In this document: positions 27,715 to 37,168 of the stretch, piece after piece
Layout: each line of letters opens with the position of its first letter
Numbering within the stretch: position 1 is the first letter of the stretch
Assembly (NCBI GenBank): GCA_021848065.1
Contig: JAJZNA010000010.1
Span: forward strand, 34,586 to 98,585
Length of the DNA: 64,000 nt
Direction of reading: 5' to 3'
Source of the DNA: Candidatus Micrarchaeota archaeon
Lineage (GTDB): Archaea; Micrarchaeota; Micrarchaeia; Micrarchaeales; CABMGC01
The notes under the pieces: model-generated
The model's database searches: none
Seen by the model: the letters and a program-made list of their open reading frames with translations, nothing else
What the model was told of the DNA's origin: nothing
Translations under genes and position numbers: made by a program

Positions 27715-28467
27715 TCAAGTGTCAGAAACCGCGGAACCATTCCTGGAAGAATGCCCCTGCGCATGGGAAAATAAATGGATCTTGCTGTCAGCTACCATCT
27801 CCCCGCTTATGCCGTAACTCAAGAGTGTGGAAGAGAACACCGCCTTACCATAGTGTAGTTCTCCCATATACATATCATAGTATTTTTTCTTACTCTTGTT
27901 CACATAATAATTTTTGAAGTACATGTCTATGTCCCTGCTCTCACGGCCTATTGTCATAATTATCACGTTAAGAGCGCTTTCAGTGTACTTCTCAAGGGTC
28001 TCCATGCTCTTCTCGATTCCGAATCTGGCTGCATGCTTCAGCATCAGTTCGCAGTCAATGCTGGAGCTGCTATCGTAGCCTATGTCATTACCCATCCTTT
28101 TCATATCCACCCGTCCGTTATGGGCCAGGAACATCATCTCCTTCTCCGTGGTCTCCACATACGGTCCACAAAAAATGGGGCCGATAAGGCGCTTTTCAGC
28201 AGCGTGCCTTGCATGGAATACTGCGTGCATATTGCCCATTATCCTTGGTAGCTCGTGGTCATCCTCGAATATCGGCTTATCGCTCTTGTAATTGTACAGC
28301 CTGCCTTCATCTGCAAGTATCACATAGCCCCACCCATCCGGATGGCTATTGAAACTCATTCCTGCCTCCTCGGCAAGCACATCATGCTCTGCAGATTTCT
28401 TCAATGCACTATAAAGGGAATCCAATTCGCTGATAGAAGATCCTGAATAAGCAAAAGTCCTGCACAA
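27715..28467 (-). CDS. class-II (Ntn-type) glutamine amidotransferase, YafJ/EgtC-like
   Basis: 250 aa. Starts MC (nucleophile Cys2). Has the HPDGWGY motif, then HAR and AHNG segments. Confidence 0.65.
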   Translation of the reverse strand: MCRTFAYSGSSISELDSLYSALKKSAEHDVLAEEAGMSFNSHPDGWGYVILADEGRLYNYKSDKPIFEDDHELPRIMGNMHAVFHARHAAEKRLIGPIFCGPYVETTEKEMMFLAHNGRVDMKRMGNDIGYDSSSSIDCELMLKHAARFGIEKSMETLEKYTESALNVIIMTIGRESRDIDMYFKNYYVNKSKKKYYDMYMGELHYGKAVFSSTLLSYGISGEMVADSKIHLFSHAQGHSSRNGSAVSDT

Positions 28468-28598
28468 GCTCTCATCCGCTTAAATGGGGCCGCCGAAGTA
28501 TATATAATTATGGAAGCGATTTCCGCCCCCTTATACGGGTTTTATATTTCTTTTCTGAGCAATAAATAAGCTAATCTTTTCGTTAGACAGGTATCGTC

Positions 28599-29549
28599 AT
28601 GGCCAAAGACAAAGGCATAAAGGAACTTGAAGATCTCCCCGGAATAGGGCCCACATCAGCAGAGAAGCTCAAGGCAGCTGGATATGATGATATAGAAAAG
28701 ATAGCAACAGCATCCCCGCATGAGGTGTCAGATATCTCCGGGATAAGCGTAGACGCCGCAAAGAAGGCAGTAGATGCCGCAAAACAGGCCACCACGCTGG
28801 AGTTCAGCACCGGAAACCAGATACTTGAAAAGAGGATACTTCTTGGCAAGATAAGCGCAGGCGCCAAAGGGCTTAACGAGCTCCTTGGCGGTGGCGTAGA
28901 GGCCAATGCCATAACCGAAGCGTACGGCAAGTTCGCATCAGGCAAAACGCAGTTGGGGTTCCAGCTGTGCGTGAATGTGCAGAGACCTGTAAATGAAGGC
29001 GGTCTAGATGGCAAAGTCCTTTTCATAGACACCGAAGGCACGTTCAGGCCTGACAGACTGGAGCAGGTTGCAAAGGCTGGTGGAATGGACCCGAAGCAGG
29101 TCCTTGAGAACATATTTGTAGTGCGTGCAACAAGCACTGACCAGCAGATTCTTGCCATAGAGCGTGCCGACAAACTGATAAGGGAATCTAACATAAAGCT
29201 CGTAGTAGTGGACTCCCTAATGGCTCTCTTCAGGTCGGAGTTTCTCGGCAGGGGAGCTCTCGGAGAGAGGCAGCAGAAACTGAACTCGCACATCCACAAA
29301 CTGCAGAAGCTTGCCGATACTTATGATCTTGCAATATACATGACAAACCAGGTCATGGACAACCCAGGGATTCTCTTCGGGGATCCTACAACGCCCGTGG
29401 GTGGGAATGTCGTGGCCCACGCCGCTACCACCAGACTCTATATGAGGAAATCGAAGGAAGAGAAAAGGATAGTGAGGCTCGTGGACTCCCCAAACATGCC
29501 TGAGGGCGAAGCCGTCATAAAGATAACTTCAGAAGGCATAAAGGACTGA
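28599..29549 (+). CDS. radA: DNA repair and recombination protein RadA
   Basis: 316 aa. N-terminal HhH is LEDLPGIGPTSAEKLKAAGY. Walker A is GKFASGKTQ. Walker B is LVVVDS. Confidence 0.95.
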   Translation: MAKDKGIKELEDLPGIGPTSAEKLKAAGYDDIEKIATASPHEVSDISGISVDAAKKAVDAAKQATTLEFSTGNQILEKRILLGKISAGAKGLNELLGGGVEANAITEAYGKFASGKTQLGFQLCVNVQRPVNEGGLDGKVLFIDTEGTFRPDRLEQVAKAGGMDPKQVLENIFVVRATSTDQQILAIERADKLIRESNIKLVVVDSLMALFRSEFLGRGALGERQQKLNSHIHKLQKLADTYDLAIYMTNQVMDNPGILFGDPTTPVGGNVVAHAATTRLYMRKSKEEKRIVRLVDSPNMPEGEAVIKITSEGIKD

Positions 29550-29550
29550 C

Positions 29551-30321
29551 ATGCTACTTATCATAGGACTTGGTCTGGACACCAAGGAAATCTCCGTCAA
29601 GGCCCTCGAGGCGCTGAAGGCAGCAGACTTGATTTATGCCGAGCAGTATACTACCTTCCTGCCAGCCGGGTATCTTGATTACCTTAGCGAAGTGACCGGC
29701 AGGCCCATAGTGCAGTTGACACGCTCACAGCTGGAAGAAGGGGCCCAGTCAACCGTAGCCCCGGCAAAATCAGGCACAATGGCGATACTGGTACCAGGAG
29801 ACCCTCTCATAGCAACAACGCACTATGCTACTATCATATACGCCGCAAGAAAGCTTGGAATATCCGTAAAGGTTTATCATTCATCATCCATATACTCTGC
29901 CGCAATAGGCTCAAGCGGCCTGGATGTATACCGTTTCGGCACTACTGTCACAATACCTTACTGGCACGAAAAGTACCATCCAGTCTCTTTTCTAGACTCC
30001 ATACAAAAAAATCTGGCAGGCAATAACCATTCCCTGGTGCTGCTGGATTTGAACCAGGCAGAGAGGCGCCCAATGCACCTTGAAGAGGCAATATCGATCC
30101 TTAAGGACGCGGAGAAAAGCCGGGCCGGAGGCCTTGTAAACGATTCGCTGCGAATATTGGTGTTGGGGGATATAGCCAGGCCCTCACAGGCAATAGCCTA
30201 TGTCCAAATAGCCAACGTTCAAAGGATATATGGCATGTTCAAAGGGAAGACCATATCAATTATAGTGCCATCAAATCCCACTGTAGCCGAGCTAGAGGCA
30301 TTGGCTCAGTTTGAAGCCTAA
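29551..30321 (+). CDS. dphB: diphthine synthase
   Basis: 256 aa. LLIIGLGL...ISVKALEALKAADLIYAEQYT and LVPGDPLIATTH are tetrapyrrole-methylase-fold DphB motifs. Confidence 0.9.
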   Translation: MLLIIGLGLDTKEISVKALEALKAADLIYAEQYTTFLPAGYLDYLSEVTGRPIVQLTRSQLEEGAQSTVAPAKSGTMAILVPGDPLIATTHYATIIYAARKLGISVKVYHSSSIYSAAIGSSGLDVYRFGTTVTIPYWHEKYHPVSFLDSIQKNLAGNNHSLVLLDLNQAERRPMHLEEAISILKDAEKSRAGGLVNDSLRILVLGDIARPSQAIAYVQIANVQRIYGMFKGKTISIIVPSNPTVAELEALAQFEA

Positions 30322-31388
30322 TCACTCCCTTTCCAGTACTTCATGCTGTAGAGCAATGATGCCAATCCGAAGCCTTCAACAAACCAGACCGTTGCGACCC
30401 TGAACATTATGGTTATTGCAGATGCTATGGCGAGCCCGATAGTCTCAGGGAAGAAAATCTGGAGCTGGCTGACCAGCGCAGCGTCCGTAACGCCCAGCGT
30501 TCCTGGTATGCCTGTTATCATACCCAGAACTAGCGACGATGAGAATATGAACAGGACTATCGGTATATCGGCTATGGTGAGGTGCACTCCGAAGGCCTCT
30601 ATCACAAGGAACAGGGCCATGCCGTTAAGGAACATTGATGGTATCGTGAGCGCCATCGAGTAAAGGAACGGCATAAGTCCAAGCTTCTTATTGTTCTCGA
30701 AGTACATGTCCGCAGTTGATATGACTATGTCAAGCCTTTTCAGTATCTTGAACCTCATCCTGAACTTCATGTACTTCTTCTTCACGAATTCAAAAGGCCT
30801 TCTTATGTAGACAAACAGGAATGGGACTATGAGCAGAAATGTTATCACGAATGCCACGGAGACGAACTTGCCTACAATTACTGCAGTAACGTCTGTTATT
30901 ATTGCGAAACCTAGGAAATCTGTGAATATGTCTGCTACAACAGCAGGAAAAGTTGCCGCAAACCTGACTTTTGATAGCTTATTTATTGTATACGAAACTA
31001 TGGCCCTGCCCCATCTTCCCGGAGTTATGTCCATGGAGTACATGGACATGTATATCACAAAGTTCCTTCGCAGCGGTATGTGCACCCCCAGCCTTTTCAA
31101 GTAAAGCGACCACTTCGGGAATCTCATCGAGTAACTGGCAAGTATCACTAGAAGTGCGGCTGCGAAAAACCAGACATTTATGGAGACGAACGCGTCGATG
31201 AATTGCCCAAGGCCCTCATTCCATATTGCATATGCGGCTATGGCTATGAAGACCAGAAAACTTATCGAAAGTATGAAGAATACTGCAGACCTGGCGTCTC
31301 CGACTGCGCTTTTGTACTGTGCCTTTGACTTTATTTTGCCTATATCCTTGATACTTGTTCCTTTCGAAGACATAAACTTACTTCTCAA
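30318..31388 (-). CDS. UPF0104 / flippase-like (LPG-synthase-TM type) integral membrane protein
   Basis: 356 aa with about 8 TM helices. Has the family-like segment RFPKWSLYLKRLG...GRWGRAIVSY. Confidence 0.5.
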   Translation of the reverse strand: MRSKFMSSKGTSIKDIGKIKSKAQYKSAVGDARSAVFFILSISFLVFIAIAAYAIWNEGLGQFIDAFVSINVWFFAAALLVILASYSMRFPKWSLYLKRLGVHIPLRRNFVIYMSMYSMDITPGRWGRAIVSYTINKLSKVRFAATFPAVVADIFTDFLGFAIITDVTAVIVGKFVSVAFVITFLLIVPFLFVYIRRPFEFVKKKYMKFRMRFKILKRLDIVISTADMYFENNKKLGLMPFLYSMALTIPSMFLNGMALFLVIEAFGVHLTIADIPIVLFIFSSSLVLGMITGIPGTLGVTDAALVSQLQIFFPETIGLAIASAITIMFRVATVWFVEGFGLASLLYSMKYWKGSD

Positions 31389-32397
31389 ATCTTATTATCC
31401 TCTCCCTGTACGCGTTCTCATCTCTGCACAGAAGGGCTATATTGCTGCTCTCATGGTAATCTGCAAGCATATACCCTGACTCCTTAGCCATCTGCTCTGC
31501 AAAAGACATTATGTCCTTTTTGTCAGGCATCTGCTGGTATGATAGGTCCCTGCTCTCATTCCTGGCCCCTCCTACATATACAAATCCCTTGACCTCAACG
31601 TAATGCGGGTCTCCCTTCTTTATAAGGTCTGCAAATCCTTTGACGTCCACCATGTTCACGCCCCTTATCAGGGTAAGCCTGAATACTCTTCTTGTCTCAA
31701 GGGTCTTGAAGACTTCTAGGAACTTCATAAAGCTGTCCCATCCGCTCAGTGTCTTTGGCCTTGTGACCTTGTCGTACACCTCCTTGTTGGGTGCCTGCAC
31801 AGACACGTAGAGCTGCGTGGGCAGCACAGTCATGCTCTTGAGTGCATTGGCCATGGTCCCGTTCGTCACAAGAAACGTGCTTATCTTCCTCCTATGGAAT
31901 GCTGCTAGCAGGCCGCTTATCTTTGGGTAGAACAGTGGCTCTCCAGTAAGGCTCAGTGCAACATGGGCAGGGTCGTTTGCCTGTTCCCAGAGCTTCGGCT
32001 TTACCTTATCATTTCCCTTATATCCGCTTATTATCCTTTTATGCTCCTCAACGAGCCCTTCCACCACTTCTTCAGGGTCATCCCACTCCTTCATTGCATT
32101 TATCTCGTTCCACTTGAAGCCTTCCTCTTCAGGTATGATCCTCCAGCAGAACGTGCAGGCGAGGTTGCATCCTATTGCCGGGGTCGCCTGTATGCATCTC
32201 CAGCTGCGTATTCCATAGAACCTGTGCTTGTAGCATGTTACGCCCCCCTTCAGGCTGCTGGAAGTATAACTGCAAATCTTAGTAGCAGAATGCTTCCCGA
32301 CAAAATGGTATCCTTGCTTCTTCATCATGGAAGCAAGTTCCGCAGGCATGTGTGGGTCAGCCTTCAACTCCTGCTTCTGTAGCGCCTTAGCTCCCAT
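31378..32397 (-). CDS. taw1: tRNA 4-demethylwyosine synthase (radical SAM, Taw1/TYW1)
   Basis: 339 aa. GYHFVGKHSATKIC, CYKHRFYGI, and radical-SAM cluster motif CNLACTFCWR. Confidence 0.85.
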   Translation of the reverse strand: MGAKALQKQELKADPHMPAELASMMKKQGYHFVGKHSATKICSYTSSSLKGGVTCYKHRFYGIRSWRCIQATPAIGCNLACTFCWRIIPEEEGFKWNEINAMKEWDDPEEVVEGLVEEHKRIISGYKGNDKVKPKLWEQANDPAHVALSLTGEPLFYPKISGLLAAFHRRKISTFLVTNGTMANALKSMTVLPTQLYVSVQAPNKEVYDKVTRPKTLSGWDSFMKFLEVFKTLETRRVFRLTLIRGVNMVDVKGFADLIKKGDPHYVEVKGFVYVGGARNESRDLSYQQMPDKKDIMSFAEQMAKESGYMLADYHESSNIALLCRDENAYRERIIRFEK

Positions 32398-32506
32398 GAA
32401 ATCACTATCGTATTACCCCACATACAAATATAAATGCCTAATTGCTATTCGTCAGGAAATTCAGGCAGACCTATCTTTATAATACAAGACACTTCCAAAT
32501 ACATCC

Positions 32507-33259
32507 ATGCAGAACATAGATCTTATTTATGTGCTTGGCCCTGCCGTAGCATTTATTGTATCATTTCTTCTTATCGCATACTTCTGGAAGGTCAAGCGAA
32601 AATTGGACATATGGGTCATGCTATACTCCCTTGCCGCATACGCGATTGCAATAGCTGCAAAGGTCATATTCCAGCACTTCACGTATTCCTATGTAAACTC
32701 CTACGGCAATCCCTACCTACTGGGCCTTTATTTTGGGCTCCAGACATCGATACTTGAAGTGGGGCTGGCATATCTGTTTGCAAGGTATGCCATATCCAGG
32801 AGCAAGATGACTAAAGATGCGGCAGGCGCATACGGAGTAGGCCTGGCATTCTGGGAGAACGGTGCCCTACTGGGCCTGCTCCCCATCCTGAACCTACTGA
32901 TTGTTTACTCCGTGCTTGCATCTGGCGCTCCGTCTTCCCAGCAGATTTACAACACATTAATTAAATCAAACCCAGCACTTTTCTATCCGGCAGCTCAGGC
33001 AATATTCCCAACGCTCCTCTCAATAATGGAGAGAATCTCTTCAATAATAGTACATTACTCCTGGGGCTTGCTGGTCGTACTGGCTGCAGCCACAGGAAAG
33101 AAGAGATATCTTGCAATAGCTCTTCCCATGGGCATGGTCGATTTCATCGTGCCTTTTGCAGGTACCATCCCATCCTACGTGCTGGAGCTGATAGTGTTTG
33201 CAGTGGCCCTGGTGTCCCTGTTAGCAGCCAAGCTTTCAGCTAAGGCTGAGCACGCTTAG
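32507..33259 (+). CDS. multi-pass membrane protein, possibly YhfC-like intramembrane metalloprotease family
   Basis: 250 aa with about 7 TM helices. Weak motif resemblance (ILEVGLAYLFARY, GLAFWENG, MERISSIIVH). Confidence 0.35.
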   Translation: MQNIDLIYVLGPAVAFIVSFLLIAYFWKVKRKLDIWVMLYSLAAYAIAIAAKVIFQHFTYSYVNSYGNPYLLGLYFGLQTSILEVGLAYLFARYAISRSKMTKDAAGAYGVGLAFWENGALLGLLPILNLLIVYSVLASGAPSSQQIYNTLIKSNPALFYPAAQAIFPTLLSIMERISSIIVHYSWGLLVVLAAATGKKRYLAIALPMGMVDFIVPFAGTIPSYVLELIVFAVALVSLLAAKLSAKAEHA

Positions 33260-33337
33260 TGCAGCAGTTCAATCAAGCTCTACTGCCCGATTCGGGCCAG
33301 CGATACCTATTTAAACTGTCATACGTCAAAACCTATC

Positions 33338-34225
33338 ATGGAAGGAATTGATGTATTGTCGAACATTTACACAGCGCTGAGGAAGCATCCAATATACTTC
33401 TTGCCCCAGCTAATCTTCACTATACTGTTAGTATTGATGATTTTGGCAATTGCGCTTCCCATATCCTCATCACTAATCGCGCAGAACATAACAAACAATA
33501 CATCAACCTCAGCCGCAGTGACTGCCCTGGCCGCTTCATTTGTAGCCACCCTTCCCGACTTTTTAGTGGTGGGGGTAATCATGTTTCTGGCTAGTGTGCT
33601 GCTCAACGGTATGTACATAGACCTTGTATCAAAATGGAAGAATGCATCAGCGTCCCTATCAGAATCGGTTAATGCTACTATAAGCCGCTTTGTTGATCTT
33701 TTCCTCTATTACCTACTCATATTCGTGATAGAAGCAGCGATATTTTTCATAGTATTCGCACCTTCAATCGGTCCTTTCCTAAATGCAATCGCATCTCCTT
33801 CAAGCGCGGCTTCAACAGCCTGGATAGGTGCAGGCCTTGGCCTTCTGGGCTCAGCGGCCGTCTGTGTGGTTCTCAGTGTAATACTTGTACCGCTTTTCTT
33901 TACAGCCCCAGTTATAATAATGCTTGAAAATAAAGGGCCCATAAAGGCACTCAAGGAAAGCATAGCTATTGGCCGAAAGGACTTCTTTGGCATTCTCGGG
34001 GTTCTAGTGGTCTTTGTTGTGGCGTACCTGATAATCGCAGGGGCCGCAAACGCCATTGCAGTCATACCTGTGGTTGGGCCGCTACTGAACCTTGTGGTAA
34101 GCATATTCCTGCCAATACTTTCGTATCTGATCGCCCCTATGTACTATGTCACTTTCGTAAAGCCTGCAAGAGCAAAGCCTGCAAGAACCAAGGCTACACC
34201 AGCAAGGAGAAGACGCAAGGGCTAA
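33338..34225 (+). CDS. hypothetical multi-pass membrane protein with basic C-terminal tail
   Basis: 295 aa with about 6 TM helices. Tail is KPARAKPARTKATPARRRRKG. Confidence 0.45.
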   Translation: MEGIDVLSNIYTALRKHPIYFLPQLIFTILLVLMILAIALPISSSLIAQNITNNTSTSAAVTALAASFVATLPDFLVVGVIMFLASVLLNGMYIDLVSKWKNASASLSESVNATISRFVDLFLYYLLIFVIEAAIFFIVFAPSIGPFLNAIASPSSAASTAWIGAGLGLLGSAAVCVVLSVILVPLFFTAPVIIMLENKGPIKALKESIAIGRKDFFGILGVLVVFVVAYLIIAGAANAIAVIPVVGPLLNLVVSIFLPILSYLIAPMYYVTFVKPARAKPARTKATPARRRRKG

Positions 34226-34265
34226 GCACTAGGTATATTGCCTGCCACTAAAAACTTCAGATAGC

Positions 34266-35423
34266 ATGGTAGAGATAAAGTATGCAAACGAGCGGTTCAC
34301 CGTTACCGATCAGTCCAGCGTGGACATCCTTAGACGCGGCCATTTTGGTTCTGTTAACAAATCCAGGCTTACATTATCTCCAGAGGAAGCCCTCTATCTT
34401 ATCGATATGAGGAATGCAGAATGTTTGTCCTCTAACGGTTCAAAGCTACACTTCAATGACGTTGCCGCCAAATTCTGGAAATCTCGGAAGTTCACGGCAA
34501 GATACTTTACCTACAAGGATTGGCGGGATAGGGGGCTTATAATAAAGCCTAATTCCCTGATCCAAGGCCCATCAGAGAGCGCACATCTGAAAGAGTATCC
34601 AAAAGCAGAGCTCAATCTCGGGGCGTACAAGCTGAAGGGGGTGTTTTTCAAATCCGACCTCATCACGATCGTAGAGGGCGGGGATGATGCAAAATCCATA
34701 TACGAAAATCTCTGGCTAGGCCAGTATGGCTCTTACAAGGCTTCGGAGCGCGGGATACTCAACAAGCTCGACATCTATGAGACCATGCTTCTGCTCTCTA
34801 AGGGAAATCTTTTGCTTTCAAACGCCTCAAAGAAGGATATACTGCGGTTTGCATCCACACGAAGGAAGGACTTCCAGCAGCTCTACAGTGTATACTGTGA
34901 CTGGAGGGAGAAGGGCTACGTGATAAAGACCGGATTCAAGTTCGGCACGCATTTCAGGGTATACTTCCCAGGCGCGAAACCCGTTAAGGATGACAAATCC
35001 ACATGGACCCACTCAAAGCACGTGATACATGTATTTCCCAAGGAGTCCAAGCTGCTGATATCAGAATGGGCCAGGGTGATACGGGTTGCCCATTCGGTAA
35101 GGAAGACCTTCATTCTGGCGGTTCCGGGAGCTACAAAGGCGAGGAAGGCAAAGAACGATTATATACTATACCACAGGCGCGGCGGAGATGCCGAGAATCC
35201 CGATATTGATCCGCCAAGGTATGCCATGCTCTCGCTGAGCGAGGAGGAGTACATAGGCGGAAGCGAGCTTGCAGCAGCAATATCTGATGCCATGGGTAGG
35301 AAACTGGAGCTTATCGTGGCAATAGCCGATAGGGAGACTTCCGTAACCTACTACCACGTGCGACAGATAAGGCTCAAGGGCAGCAGCAACGAATACTACG
35401 AGATAGATTGGATGCAGCCGTGA
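34266..35423 (+). CDS. endA: tRNA-splicing endonuclease, three-unit fused architecture (partial N unit + full catalytic unit + C-terminal unit)
   Basis: 385 aa, about twice the M. jannaschii-type subunit. Catalytic unit: WREKGYVIKTGFKFGTHFRVYFPG...HSKHVIHV. Degenerate first unit: WRDRGLIIKPNS. Extra C-terminal unit: YILYHRRG...VTYYHVRQIRL. Confidence 0.8.
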   Translation: MVEIKYANERFTVTDQSSVDILRRGHFGSVNKSRLTLSPEEALYLIDMRNAECLSSNGSKLHFNDVAAKFWKSRKFTARYFTYKDWRDRGLIIKPNSLIQGPSESAHLKEYPKAELNLGAYKLKGVFFKSDLITIVEGGDDAKSIYENLWLGQYGSYKASERGILNKLDIYETMLLLSKGNLLLSNASKKDILRFASTRRKDFQQLYSVYCDWREKGYVIKTGFKFGTHFRVYFPGAKPVKDDKSTWTHSKHVIHVFPKESKLLISEWARVIRVAHSVRKTFILAVPGATKARKAKNDYILYHRRGGDAENPDIDPPRYAMLSLSEEEYIGGSELAAAISDAMGRKLELIVAIADRETSVTYYHVRQIRLKGSSNEYYEIDWMQP

Positions 35424-35528
35424 GCGTCTGGAGCCCTACTGCAAGAAATATGGGAATATACCAACGACAGCTACAGTATTTATAAATGCTTGTTAAATAG
35501 TATAGATAAGGCGAAAACAGGCGATACC

Positions 35529-35807
35529 ATGAAACTCTCAGAAATATATCGTATGGACATATACAGTGATGCGGGTCAGTATCTTGGCGAAGTTCAGGAT
35601 ATAATCATAGACCTGGAACACGGTGAGGTAAGCAGGCTTCTCATGATACCATGGAAGACTGCAAAGGGCGAGGCAAAGACCACCCTGAGGAACAAGTCCA
35701 TACTTTACAAGAACGTAAAGAACGTGAGCGATGTCGTACTCGTATCATCTCCGTTAGGAAACTCACAGGACGCAAAGAAGGAAGAAGTCGACGACCTGTC
35801 AAGGTAA
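35529..35807 (+). CDS. PRC-barrel domain protein
   Basis: 92 aa from ATG 35529. IYSDAGQYLGEVQDIIIDLEHGEVSRLLM is the PRC-barrel pattern. TATA-like tttataaat at 35479-35487. Confidence 0.6.
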   Translation: MKLSEIYRMDIYSDAGQYLGEVQDIIIDLEHGEVSRLLMIPWKTAKGEAKTTLRNKSILYKNVKNVSDVVLVSSPLGNSQDAKKEEVDDLSR

Positions 35808-35809
35808 GT

Positions 35810-36346
35810 TCACAGCTTCTTTGGGAGGTGTATTCCTCTCTGGTTAAGGTATTCGCCTTTGTAAGCGTTGCTTACCCTGTTTAATGTGGATGCGAATATT
35901 ACGTGGGCAAACCTTACCTTTGGCCTTAGCAGTATGGGAAACCTGCTGCTGTTGAAGACTTCAAGGGTAACGTTTCCCGCAAATCCAGCATCTATGATCG
36001 TAGGAGGCATGAACAGGCCGTGTCTTGCCCATGTGCTCCTAAGTTCTACGAATCCCATCAGGGTATCCGGCAGTCCCACGATCTCATGCGTTGAGAGGAG
36101 CACCTGCTCCAGCGGCTCTATGACTATCTCCTCCTTGCCCTTCTCCACCACATACTCGTCCTTTATGCTCTCCGCATCTGAGGGGTCAATTATCTTCTTG
36201 GCATCCCTATCTTTGTTATGCCTAGCCACCTCATCTGAAAGCCTAAGGTCCACCCCGTTCTCCCTGACTATCTCCTCCTGGAATGGGTCTATAACAAGCC
36301 TCTTCTCCCTTATGAAGTTCCTGAGATCAAAATCTGACAATATCAT
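35810..36346 (-). CDS. dcd: dCTP deaminase (dUTPase superfamily)
   Basis: 178 aa. MILSD..L...I......I.P and GVDLRL, IIDAGFAGNVTLE. Confidence 0.85.
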   Translation of the reverse strand: MILSDFDLRNFIREKRLVIDPFQEEIVRENGVDLRLSDEVARHNKDRDAKKIIDPSDAESIKDEYVVEKGKEEIVIEPLEQVLLSTHEIVGLPDTLMGFVELRSTWARHGLFMPPTIIDAGFAGNVTLEVFNSSRFPILLRPKVRFAHVIFASTLNRVSNAYKGEYLNQRGIHLPKKL

Positions 36347-36366
36347 AATTCCACCTAAAGTATTAC

Positions 36367-36984
36367 TTATATGTCTATACCATTTTCCCTAAGGGCCGAG
36401 AGCACGTTTGCATGCACCTCATCTACCTCCCTCGTGCCGTCCACTCTTGCCCATTTTGTGCTGTATCCCTCATTTATCATGCGATCATAAATTGCCTTCA
36501 CATCATTCTGATACTGTGTATTCCTCTCATTCTTGTCCGTATACCCTTTCTGCCTCGCCTTCCTCTCAGCCACAAGCTCTATCGGTATGTCAAGGTATAT
36601 CGTCACTGCAGGTATGTTTACATTCATCAGGTCAACAAGCTTCTTCGCCCTCTCATAATCAAAGCCCCCAGCACACTGGTATGCTATTGTTGAGTAGAAG
36701 TACCTGTCCATTATAACCATCTTTCCCTCCTCCAGCTCCTTCCTTACCTGTATGTTGTCCTTTACCTTGTCCGCAAGGTGCAGAAGTATCTGTTCATCGA
36801 CATTGAGCATCAGGTGGCCGTGCAGGTACCTGTCTATCATCTTTCCGTAATCCGAGCTATAATCAGGGTATGTGTATATCTTGACATCGTGGCCCTTCGC
36901 AGCCAAGGCCTTGGAGAGCATCTCAGATTGGGTATGCTTGCCTGCACCGTCAACTCCCTCCACACATATTATAAGCCCGGCCAT
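36367..36984 (-). CDS. tmk: thymidylate kinase
   Basis: 205 aa. P-loop is ICVEGVDGAGKHTQ. DRY motif is MDRYFYST. Confidence 0.9.
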   Translation of the reverse strand: MAGLIICVEGVDGAGKHTQSEMLSKALAAKGHDVKIYTYPDYSSDYGKMIDRYLHGHLMLNVDEQILLHLADKVKDNIQVRKELEEGKMVIMDRYFYSTIAYQCAGGFDYERAKKLVDLMNVNIPAVTIYLDIPIELVAERKARQKGYTDKNERNTQYQNDVKAIYDRMINEGYSTKWARVDGTREVDEVHANVLSALRENGIDI

Positions 36985-37043
36985 GAAATAACTCCAGATT
37001 AAACATTAATAAATAAGAGCATAGATAATAAAAGCGCATCACT

Positions 37044-37118
37044 GCTCCTATCGTCTAGTCCGGCCAAGGACGTGGGGCTTTCAACCCCGCAACTCGGGTT
37101 CAAATCCCGATGGGAGCA
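37044..37118 (+). tRNA. tRNA-Glu (anticodon TTC)
   Basis: Acceptor GCTCCTA/TGGGAGC, anticodon arm TGGGG-CTTTCAA-CCCCG, T arm TCGGG-TTCAAAT-CCCGA. Confidence 0.9.
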
Positions 37119-37168
37119 ACTTTTTCAGCCCTTATTTAAAATTTAAGCATTTCTTTCATAATACATTT

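Noticed and set aside
28583-29299. 238-aa ORF antisense to radA, and similar long antisense ORFs at 395..841, 1130..1516, 10615..11208, 13759..14460, 19087..19773, 25320..26027, 47633..48499, 48542..49084 and 60838..61848
   Set aside because: These are shadow ORFs on the opposite strand of strongly supported conserved genes. They have Ser/Leu/Pro/Cys-rich compositions typical of antisense frames.
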